From positions 1 through 61,593 of the forward strand of contig DYSB01000002.1 in assembly GCA_020726405.1 (NCBI GenBank): a stretch of 61,593 nt of DNA. The letters are read 5' to 3'. Below, piece by piece: positions 8,906 through 18,100 of the stretch (its first letter is position 1; every line of letters starts with the position of its first letter). A program made the translations under genes and the position numbers. The notes beneath the pieces are model-generated. The model saw only the letters and a list, made by a program, of their open reading frames with translations. It had not been told where the DNA came from and did no database searches. The DNA is from Acetofilamentum sp. (GTDB lineage Bacteria > CAIWAD01).

Positions 8906-10080
8906 ATGAAGACCACCCACCAGTTGGCGGCGGAGCTGGCCGCGCTGCGCGAAGCCAGCACGGTCATCGGCATCTGCCTGCTTCAGGAGCGGGAATTCGG
9001 CCAGGCCCGCCAGTGGTTCCAACGCTCCCTGGACATCTGCCGCCTGCACCGCGACAACGGGGCCGAGGCCGGCATCCGCGGGCAACTGGGCTTGATCCAC
9101 CTGTTGCAGGGCCACTATGAACTGGCGCTGGAGCAATTCCAGGCCGGCCGGCGGCTGGGTGCGGCGCGACGCGACGAGCAGCTGCTGGGCCTGTTGCACA
9201 ACATGGCCGTGGTGTTGCATCGCCTGGAGCGCTACGACGAAGCCGTGGAGGCGTGCCGGGAGACCCTGCAACTGGGCCGTGAGCTCGGCCTGGGTTCACA
9301 TGAGGAGGCGCGTTGCCTGCTCAACATGGCCCGTTCCCTGGAGCGTGCGGAGCACCTGGACGAGGCCGAGCAGGTCTGCCGGGAGGCCTTCCGCGGATTG
9401 CCGGAGACGGGCTCCTCCAGTCTGCTGGCCTTCTGCCAGGCGCTGCAGGCCAGCATCGCGCTGCGGCGCGGGACGGGCGCCACGGCGCTGCTGCTGGCCC
9501 GGGAAGCCCAGCTCAGCCTGGGCGAGGACGCGCCGGAGGAAGCACGGCTGGAAGTCCTGCAGATTCTGGGCCGCTGCGAGGCCCAGGTGGGCGAGGCCGC
9601 CTGGGCGGAGGAAGTGTCACGCGCGGCCGTGGAGATCGCCCGGCGCCGCAACTTGCACCTGGCGGCGGTGGACGGCTGCCAGCCGTTGGGCCGGCTGCTG
9701 GCAGCCCGCGGCGAGTGGGTGGAGGCACTCTCCTGGCAAGAACAGGCCCTGGAACACCACCGGCTGCATCACGGCAGCGAAATGGCCAGTCAGCGCGCAC
9801 AAGTCGCGGCCCGGCTGCAGGAGCACCACAGCGGCTGGCGCACGCTGTTGACGGAAGTGGAGGACCTGCCGGCCCAGGCGGGTCCAGGCGGCAACGGGGA
9901 CGAGGTCCCGCTGCCCATCTGCTCCTGCTGCCGGAAAGTGCGCGAGGAAACCAATCGGTGGGCGCCACTGGAGAATTACCTGCTGGAGAGCCACGGTCTG
10001 ATGCTCAGCCACGGCCTCTGCCCGGACTGCGTCACCGGATGTATCAGGATCTGCTGGAGTCCACCCAGCCGGGGGTTTGA
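8906..10080 (+). CDS. TPR-repeat protein with a C-terminal CxxC...CPxC zinc-ribbon-like tail; probable frameshift near 10034 (the uninterrupted ORF runs on to 10453)
   Basis: Repeated TPR-like helices occupy the first ~300 aa, then ICSCCRKVREETNRWAPLENYLLESHGLMLSHGLCPDC. After CPDCV the frame offset by one nucleotide (ORF 9313..10080) reads RMYQDLLESTQPGV-stop at 10080. That stop abuts the stop of the convergent gene at 10087. Confidence 0.6.
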
Positions 10081-10086
10081 AAAGAA

Positions 10087-10581
10087 TCAGTCCACCCGGC
10101 GCATGCCGTCCAGCTCACAGAGCGGCAAGGGGTCCGGCGCGTCCACGACCAGCAGCACGGCGCCCGGTTCGAAACTCCCGTCCTGCACGTTGAACGGAAT
10201 GCGAACGCGGCGCGTGTCCGCCGGGTCGCCCGGCAGGATGGCGCCATCCAACCGGCCGCCCTTGACGATCCAGTCCGTCTTGGCGTGCAGCAAGCGCCCC
10301 AGCCAGCCGCGATTGGCCACCAGGCGGCCCTCGGTCAATTGCGCCCCGCCCAGCGAGCCGTCCACGCGGCCGTCAGGCAGGATGCGCAGCCAGCACTCCA
10401 CGCGCTCCCAACCCGCTCCGGCCTGCTGCTGCAGATCACGTAGCCTGCCCTGAAATTCCACCACCCGGTGCCACTCACCCACCAGTTCCACCGGAGGAGT
10501 GGGACTCCCGGCCAGGGCGACCAGCGACCAGGCCAGCAGCAGCAGTCCCCGACACGCCACTGAACATCCGCGGTGCGACAT
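10087..10581 (-). CDS. Small secreted hypothetical protein
   Basis: The internal ATG at 10581 is preceded by GAGGAGG. Signal peptide MSHRGCSVACRGLLLLAWSLVALAGS. The composition looks coding-like. No family was recognised. Confidence 0.6.
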   Translation of the reverse strand: MSHRGCSVACRGLLLLAWSLVALAGSPTPPVELVGEWHRVVEFQGRLRDLQQQAGAGWERVECWLRILPDGRVDGSLGGAQLTEGRLVANRGWLGRLLHAKTDWIVKGGRLDGAILPGDPADTRRVRIPFNVQDGSFEPGAVLLVVDAPDPLPLCELDGMRRVD

Positions 10582-10728
10582 GCGGCAGCCTCCTCGTTCA
10601 TTCTTGGATGACCGCCACAAAGAGCCACATCTCCGGCCCCGCCACAAGCCGGCATCCGGGTCGGACAACCAAGCGGCCGGCCCCCTCCAGGGAAGCCGGC
10701 CGCCGCTAACAGTCGCTGGGCGACAGGG

Positions 10729-13700
10729 TCAGTCCACCGCACTCACGCGATAGAGCTTTGCCGTGCCGGTCACGATGCATGACAGGTTATAGAAGGTGTA
10801 GGGCGTAGTCGCCAACAGGGTCCAGGGCTGATCCAGCCCGTTGCTCTCCCAGATCTTGTAGGCCGTGGCGTTGGGAATGGCCGGCCAGCTGATTTGCATC
10901 GTGCAGGACGTGGGGCTGCTCAGCTGGATCACCGGCGTGTCCAGCGCCAGACTGCCCACCAGCATGGAAATCGGCACCACCACCGTGGCGTGGTCCGGAT
11001 CGTTGCAGGTCAGGGTCAAGGTCGCCTCGTAGAGGCCTTCGACAAGCTCCAATGCGTTGAAGTCCGCCGTCAGCTGCGTCTGGCCGCCCGGGCTCACCGT
11101 TCCGCTGAGCGGATACACGACCACCCAGGGCGTCTCCGCGGAGAACTCGATGGCCAGGTTGTTGGTCAGATAGGCGGCGTCGGCCACCACCTGCAGGCCG
11201 TCCGTGCCCGTGGCATTCTCCATGCCCACGCTCACCGAGGCCACGTCGCTCACGGTCTGATACTGGTAGACGATCCGCCCGTCGGCGTACAGGATCACCT
11301 GGAAGGTCTCCAGCGCCGAGCTGTTGCTGTAGCGCGGAACGGCCGTCCACTGCACGATGAAGCGGCCGTTGGCGGCGTCGGCGTAGTACTTCAGCATGCC
11401 CGCGGTAGTCACGTTCAGGTCGTCCCAGAACACGGCCAGCAGGTTGTTGGGCTCGGCCGTGTTGGGCAGGCCCTGGTTGGTGTAGGCCGTAGTGGTTCCG
11501 GTGAAGCTCAGCCAGCCGTTGGTGCAGACCCGCACCGCCGTGTAGTCCGTGCCGTAGTAGTTGAACGTGAAGCCCAGGTTGTAGGGGCCGGTGTTGGAGT
11601 CGTCACCCGTGCCCGTGTTGGTGCCCGTGCCGCTGATGTCCACCCAGGAGTAGACCGGCCCGCCGGCCTCGTTGGAGTCCTTCCAACTGTAGCCGAAGGT
11701 GTCCGGTCCGCCTGCGGCGCGGTCCATGCTGCCCGTGCGGGGATCCACTTCGTCCTTGCCCAGCTTCAGGAAGGGCAGGCTGGACTGCCGACCGACGGTG
11801 GTCAGGGTGGCGCTCCAGGTCAGGTTGGCCTGGCCCTGGTTCAGCAGGCTCAGGTACTCCGTGCCGATGCCGCCCGGCTCCACGACGGTGGAGACGGCGG
11901 CCGGGGCCAGCACCAGACTGGGCATGGCCGGCGCGGCGATGGAGGGCAGGATGATGTCGTCCAGCCAGGCGCAGTCGCTGCCCGTGTCGACGCTGCCGTC
12001 CTTGGAGTAGACCCAGCTGAAGGTGTGGTTGCCCGGCGTGATGGTGTAGCTCGCCTGGGTCCAGTCCACGGTGCCGGCCCAGGAGGCCAGTTCCGTGCCG
12101 TCCACCTTGAAGCGCAGGTAGTCGTAGCTGGCTTCGGAACTCACCTTGTACCAGAAGCTCAGCGTGCCGCCGGACAGCACGTTGGCCGTCAGGTTGAGCT
12201 GGGATTCCTGGTTGCGGGTGATGGTGCCCGACTTGGCCGCGTAGCTGCCGGTGTGGGGGGCGCTCACCACGCTCCAGACGGGGGTTCCGCCCGCCTCCCA
12301 ATCGAAGCGCGCCAGATCGCCGGTTTCGAAGTCCTCGACGACCAAGCCGATGGAGAATCCCGTGCTCAGCGCGACGGAGTAGGCGCCCGCCGTGTGGCCC
12401 AGGTTGAAACTGGCCACCGTGCCGATGGGCGCGTCGGCCGCCACCAGCAGCTGGAAGTCCGCCGTGGCGCTGCCGCCGGCGGGAATGGCCGCCAGCGCCT
12501 CGCTGCCGGTCAGCACCGTGATGTAGGGGCTGCCCGTGCTGAGGCTGGCCGTGCCCGCCGCGCAGGCGGCATGGCCGTTGTTGAGGATGGGATAGCGCAG
12601 CCAGACGGTCTCGCCCGGATCCAGTCGGCCGTTGTTGTTGCCCGCGGCGTCGTCCAGCACCAGGTTGCCCGAAGCCAGCGCCGGCGCCTGGGCCGTCACG
12701 TCCAGGTAGGAGATCCAGGTGTCGGCCGCCGTGCCGCTCACCGTCAGGGTGAAGTGCAGGGGCTCCTGGTCGGCGATCCCGGCCGCCAGGTTGAAGGCGA
12801 AGGCCCCGTTCTGGGTGGCCGTGGCGCCCGCCGCGATGGTGCCGAAGTTCTGACTCGCATCGGTCAGGGTCACTTGGGGATGGGTCAGGCTCAAAGTGCC
12901 CGTCACACCGGCCGCCGCCAGGGTGCCGATGTTCTCCAGGGTGGCATTCACCGCCACCGTGCTGCCCTGGACGCCCGTGGTGGGCGAGTAGGCGGCGAGG
13001 GTCACGTAGGGACCGCTGTTGGGAACCACCGGAATGGTGGTGATCAGCGGCTGCTTCTGCTGGTGTGTGATCACCAGGTCCGCGTCGCCCGCCGAGGTGA
13101 ACGGATCCAGGGTCAACACCAGCGTGCCGGAGGCCGGCACCAGGCCGGAAGCAGCCAGTACACCGTCCATGCTCAGTCCGACGTAGGAATAGGGCTGGGC
13201 GCTCAGCGTAACGCTGGTCTGGCCCAGGAAAATGGTGCTGGGCAGGGTGACCGCATTGGCCGCCGGCACGTTCATCCAGGTGCTCAAAGAGGGATCGCCC
13301 ATCAGGTGGTAGACCTCCCAATAGTACTGGGTCATGCTGGAGCCACCCTCCACCACCGCCAGATTGCCGCACAGGTTCATGGCGCCCTGGGTGGTGTGCC
13401 AGTTGGCGAAGGCTTCACCGTGGTCGTGGAAAATGCCATCGTAAGTGCCCAGACCGGTCTGTTCGTAAGTGGGTCCAGCGGCCACGATGGGTCCGGCGCC
13501 CACGCCCCACCAGTAGTCCTCATCCCAGTACGTGCTGTTGCTGCCGCCGATGTAGCCGATGGCGCCCTTGTTGGCCGCCCGCAGCCAGGCTTCGCCGAAG
13601 CAAGTTTCCACCTGGAAGCTGTTGGTCAGGCAGCAGTTGCCCACCACCGTGCCGTACTTGTGGTTGTTGGTCAGCCCGTTGATATCCGTGATGCCGAAGC

Positions 13701-15084
13701 TGGGATCTGCCCAGCTGGTCTCGCTGCCGTGGGCCGTATAGTTGATGTAGCCGCGCCCGGCGGAGGCGTTGGCGATGATCAACGCGTCGCTGCTGCCCGA
13801 AGCCGGGTAGAGGTAGGTGTTCGAGGTGATGCCGTGGGCGGCATTGAAGTATTGGGTGGTGCCGTAGTTGATCTGCCCGTTGCCGTGGGTCGGGCCGTAG
13901 GTGGCGTCCGCCCCGGCGATCATCACGCAGCGACCCAGATAGCTGGGATCGGGCATCAGGTACTTTTCATACTCCAGCGTCTTGTCGATCTGTGGTTGCA
14001 GCTGGCTGGTGTCCCGAGCGCTGAACCGGCCGTACAACACTTCCGGGATGTAGTCCCCGGCGGTGTAGAGCGCGTAGTTCAGGTCGGTGACGTGGCTGCC
14101 GGTGCCGCCGGTCCAGGCCGGGACCAAGTTATCGTCGCCCACATAGAGAATGAAGGAGGGCGCGGGGCTGGCCGGAGTGGCCGCGTTGTACAAGCCCTGT
14201 AACCAGGTCTTGATGCTGGTGGTGGTGCTGCCCACGTTGGCGTCGCCCATGTAGCCGACGATCACTTCGAAGCCTTTCAACCGTTTCCATTCAATGAAAG
14301 GCTGCAGTTGGGCCGTGAACATGGGATGGGCCACGATCACATACTTGATCGGATACTCAGTGATCATGTCCCGGTCGGGCGCGGCTTCGTAATTGAGGAT
14401 CTGTCCGCCATAGATGGACTCGAAATAGGGCGAGCGCGTCCGGGCCTGCAGGTCGCGCGTGGCCGCCCAGTCGGCGCCGGGGAAGTTCACGTGGAGTTGC
14501 AGGTCGTTGTGAACGCGCAGCATGCCACTGGCCGGATCCCATTGCACCGGATTCACTTCCACGGCAAACAGCCGGGCGCCGCGCAGGATTCCCAGCTCCT
14601 CCATCCGCAGTTCCGGGCTCGCGGCCAGCGTGTTGCGCTGGTAGCTGGCTTCATCTACCACGAAGGGCAGCGCGGCGGGATCCTGGGACTTGGACACGGA
14701 GGCCTGGGTCGGTAGCAGGGGGCTGTTGATTCCCAGCTCGCTGAGCCGGTAGGTCTCCGCCTGGCCCTCAGTCAGCCACACCTGGGGCTGGGCTCCCAGC
14801 GGAACCTGGATGATCCGCCTGAGCAGCGGCAACTTGGGCGCGCCCACCGCCTGGGTGTGCGTGCAGCCGCCCAGTCGCAGTTCCGTGTAGCTGCCCTGGG
14901 GCGTCGCCACCTCGAAACTCTCCAGTTGACCAAAGCTCACGGCCAGGTCCAGACCCTGGCTGTTCTGCTGGACGACCTGCAGCCGATCCTCGGATTGCAG
15001 GGGATGAGTCGCCGCCCCTGCCGACCGGGCACTCAGGCCCAGCAACGCCAGCGCAGCCAGACTCACGTATTGCTTGAAGCGCAT
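10729..15084 (-). CDS. Gingipain-like cysteine peptidase (family C25), about 1450 aa, multidomain, secreted
   Basis: SD GGAGGG upstream of ATG 15084 and a signal peptide. Catalytic motifs YTAHGSETSWADPSF and VVGNCCLTNSF match gingipain Kgp-type His and Cys sites. CARDB-like, jelly-roll, NIDO-like, Ig and FN3-like modules follow. Confidence 0.9.
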   Translation of the reverse strand: MRFKQYVSLAALALLGLSARSAGAATHPLQSEDRLQVVQQNSQGLDLAVSFGQLESFEVATPQGSYTELRLGGCTHTQAVGAPKLPLLRRIIQVPLGAQPQVWLTEGQAETYRLSELGINSPLLPTQASVSKSQDPAALPFVVDEASYQRNTLAASPELRMEELGILRGARLFAVEVNPVQWDPASGMLRVHNDLQLHVNFPGADWAATRDLQARTRSPYFESIYGGQILNYEAAPDRDMITEYPIKYVIVAHPMFTAQLQPFIEWKRLKGFEVIVGYMGDANVGSTTTSIKTWLQGLYNAATPASPAPSFILYVGDDNLVPAWTGGTGSHVTDLNYALYTAGDYIPEVLYGRFSARDTSQLQPQIDKTLEYEKYLMPDPSYLGRCVMIAGADATYGPTHGNGQINYGTTQYFNAAHGITSNTYLYPASGSSDALIIANASAGRGYINYTAHGSETSWADPSFGITDINGLTNNHKYGTVVGNCCLTNSFQVETCFGEAWLRAANKGAIGYIGGSNSTYWDEDYWWGVGAGPIVAAGPTYEQTGLGTYDGIFHDHGEAFANWHTTQGAMNLCGNLAVVEGGSSMTQYYWEVYHLMGDPSLSTWMNVPAANAVTLPSTIFLGQTSVTLSAQPYSYVGLSMDGVLAASGLVPASGTLVLTLDPFTSAGDADLVITHQQKQPLITTIPVVPNSGPYVTLAAYSPTTGVQGSTVAVNATLENIGTLAAAGVTGTLSLTHPQVTLTDASQNFGTIAAGATATQNGAFAFNLAAGIADQEPLHFTLTVSGTAADTWISYLDVTAQAPALASGNLVLDDAAGNNNGRLDPGETVWLRYPILNNGHAACAAGTASLSTGSPYITVLTGSEALAAIPAGGSATADFQLLVAADAPIGTVASFNLGHTAGAYSVALSTGFSIGLVVEDFETGDLARFDWEAGGTPVWSVVSAPHTGSYAAKSGTITRNQESQLNLTANVLSGGTLSFWYKVSSEASYDYLRFKVDGTELASWAGTVDWTQASYTITPGNHTFSWVYSKDGSVDTGSDCAWLDDIILPSIAAPAMPSLVLAPAAVSTVVEPGGIGTEYLSLLNQGQANLTWSATLTTVGRQSSLPFLKLGKDEVDPRTGSMDRAAGGPDTFGYSWKDSNEAGGPVYSWVDISGTGTNTGTGDDSNTGPYNLGFTFNYYGTDYTAVRVCTNGWLSFTGTTTAYTNQGLPNTAEPNNLLAVFWDDLNVTTAGMLKYYADAANGRFIVQWTAVPRYSNSSALETFQVILYADGRIVYQYQTVSDVASVSVGMENATGTDGLQVVADAAYLTNNLAIEFSAETPWVVVYPLSGTVSPGGQTQLTADFNALELVEGLYEATLTLTCNDPDHATVVVPISMLVGSLALDTPVIQLSSPTSCTMQISWPAIPNATAYKIWESNGLDQPWTLLATTPYTFYNLSCIVTGTAKLYRVSAVD
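10732..10941 (-). other. Terminal FN3-like domain of the C25 protease
   Basis: TPVIQLSSPTSCTMQISWPAIPNATAYKIWESNGLDQPWTLLATTPYTFYNLS...KLYRVSAVD. Confidence 0.6.
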
Positions 15085-15164
15085 GTGGACCCTCCGCTTT
15101 GGGTTCAACTTACACCTGCGGGTTCCGCAGGATTACCTTTTGATCCATCGGCCGGCCGCGTCTC

Positions 15165-18100
15165 CTACCGGACGGCGCTGACCCAGAAAAACGCCCGCTC
15201 GTCCCCCAGCTGACTGGTCGTCCAGCCGGGCGTGCCCACTTCGCCCACCAGGCTCCAGCCCGAGTAGCCGGTGGCGGAACGGTAGACCCGATAGCCCTGG
15301 GCATTGGGCACCGCACTCCAGCCCAACAGCGCCTGACCGTCCACGACGCTTATCTGCAGGTTCTCCACCGGATCCACCTGGGAAGAGACGACCAGAGTCA
15401 GCGGCACGTTGATAGCCGGGGTGTCGGGATCGTTGGAGGTCAACGAGATCGTCCCTGTGTACGTGCCATCGGCAAGATCTGCCGCTGACAGCGCGACACC
15501 CAGTTGGGTGGAAGAACCGGCGGCCACGCTGCCGGAGAGGGGAGACAGCTCGGCCCAGGGTTCGGTCAAGAGCGGGGCCGTGAAGCGGATGGCCAGGCTG
15601 TTCACCAGGAAGCCGGCGCTGTTGTAGTTCAGGCCCAGGCCGTCCGTCCCCGTCAGGTTCTCGATGCCCACGCTGCAGCTGTTGGCCGTGGCCACGGTTT
15701 GGTACTGCAGGGTGATCGTCCCGTCACCCAACAGGATGACCTGGAAGGTCTCCGTGGTGGTGCCAGAATAGTGCCGCACGTTGCGGTACTCCACGATGAA
15801 GCGGTCCGCAGCCGGGTCATCCCAGTAGTAGATGGTGCCGCCCGCCGCCGGATTGAGGTCGTCCCAGAAGGGTGCGATCAAATTGTTGGGAACGGCGCTG
15901 CCGGGCATCACCACGTTGTTGTAGGCGGTTTCGGTGCTGGTGAAGCTCAGGAACCCATTGGTGCAGACTCGTACCGATGAGTAGAGGGTCCCGTAAAAAG
16001 GCATGTCAAAGCCCAGGGCCAGGGGACCGTAGTTCGCGTCGTCCGCGCCGGTCAGGGCCGTGCCCAGGGTGTTGATCTCAACCCAGGCAAAGGCCGGACC
16101 GCCCGTCTGCCGGCTGTCCACCCAGGTGTAGCCGAAAGCGTCCGGCCCGCCGGCGTTCCGTCTACAATCCTCCGAGCGCGGGTCGAACTCGTCCTTGCCC
16201 AGTTTCCACTCGGGCTGGGTCCGCGCCCGGGCCGGGTCGTCCAGGCTGAGGCTGGCGGTCCAGTTCAGTTCCGCGCTGCCGTTGTTCTGGATCAGCACAT
16301 GCTCCACCGTCTCCGCCCCGGGGCTGAGGGTCGCGACGAGTTCCGGCGGGCTCAGCGTCCAGTCCGGGCGCGGAGTGGGCGCCACCGGCGGCAGTTGGAG
16401 GAAGTCCACGAACACGGCGTCTTCACCGCCCACTTCGCTGCCATCCTTTTCATAGGAAAACAGCAGGGTATGGGCCCCGGCGCTGATGGGCAGACTGTAA
16501 CTCGTCCACCCGACGATCCCGGACAGACTGAGCTGCGTCACTCCGTCCAGATACACCTTCAGGAAGTCGTAGTTGGCTTCGGTCGAGACCCGGGCCATGA
16601 ACTGCACGGTTCCCGAACTGAGGAAGGTCTGGGTCAGGGCCATCCGGCTGGTCTGGCTGTTGCCCACCACGCCCGAGCGGGCGCACCAGTCGCCCTCGAA
16701 GGCTCCGCTGCTGACGCCCCAGTCTGTGGTGCCGGACAGCACCCAGGGCCAGTAGGCCAGATTGCCGCTCTCGAAGTCCTCCACGATCAGCCCGACACTC
16801 AAGCCGAAGGGCAGGGTTTCCGTCCGCTCCGTCGAGCTGGCGACCAGGTTGAAGTCCAGCGTGCTGCCAATGGGCGCCTGCGCATCGACACTCACCTGGA
16901 AGCTGGCGCTGACGCTGTGCTCGGGCAGCAGGTTGCCCAGAGCCTGGGCACCGGTTTCCACGTTCACCCAGGGACTGCTCGATTCCAGACTGGCCAATAG
17001 CGCAGTAGCCGAGGTAGTGCCCACATTTTGCAGTTCGAGGATCAGCGTGGCCGATTCGCCAGGATTCAGGCGACCGTTACCGCCATCCTGCACGACGATG
17101 GTTCCCAGGGCGAAGTCCGGTGCTGCCACCAGTGGCTGCAAGGCCACGTTCAGCACCGTGGCGAGCCCATTGCCTACGGATACCAGATTGAAAGTCTGCG
17201 TCTGATAGCCGGCCTTGCTGAAGCTGAGGGGGTAAGCCCCGGCGGGCAGAATGCGATGGTAGTCACCGATTTCAGCGGCGGACCAGGTGGCGAAATCCCG
17301 ATTGGTCACCCGAACTTCTACGCCGCTGAGGGGCAATCCGGTGGCAGAACTGGTGGTGATGCCACGGATGCCACGAAGAGCCCATTCCATGTAACTGAGC
17401 AGGGATTCGCGATTGTTGTTCCAGTAGGTCGGTAATTGGGAAGCGTCCGGCCAGAAGGTGTCGCTCAGCTCGATGGTCACCTCCATGCCACCTTCGTAGA
17501 CGTAGTTCCAGTCCTGCATGCCACCGGACATGGCGTACCAGTCCGCGCCATTGGTGATGCCGTGGAAGAAGTCGCCGTTCCACATGGGCAGGTTGTGGGA
17601 CGAGTAGGCTTCCGACACCTGGATGAACAAATCATCATCTGGCGAAGCGGTGTAGACCGAGCTGCCCGCGGCGTTGTTGTCGAAGGGGTAATTGACCAGT
17701 AACGCCCCGGTATGGAAGTTGGCCGATAGGTCGAAGTCCTTGGCCTGTGTCCAGATCATCACAGCTGCGGTTTCCGGCTGACGCCCGATGGGCGTGTTGC
17801 TCGGGCTATTGTAGGGGTCCGGGAAGTTGCGGTTCAGATCCACATCGTTGGCATTGGTTCGCGTGCCCGCGGTGTTCCCGTCCGGGTTCATCATGGGCAG
17901 GATGTGGATCTCCATGTTGTTCACCAGGCCGGTCAGGCGCGTGTCCGTGCCGTATTCCACCAGCAAGTCGTCGATGAGGCTCAGCAGCATCTCCGTGCCC
18001 AGCGGCTCATTGCCGTGCATGGTGGAGATGTATTTGAATTCCGGTTCGTCCTCGTTCAGCTCGGGATTGTCAGTGATCTTCAACACCCAAAGTTCGCGGC

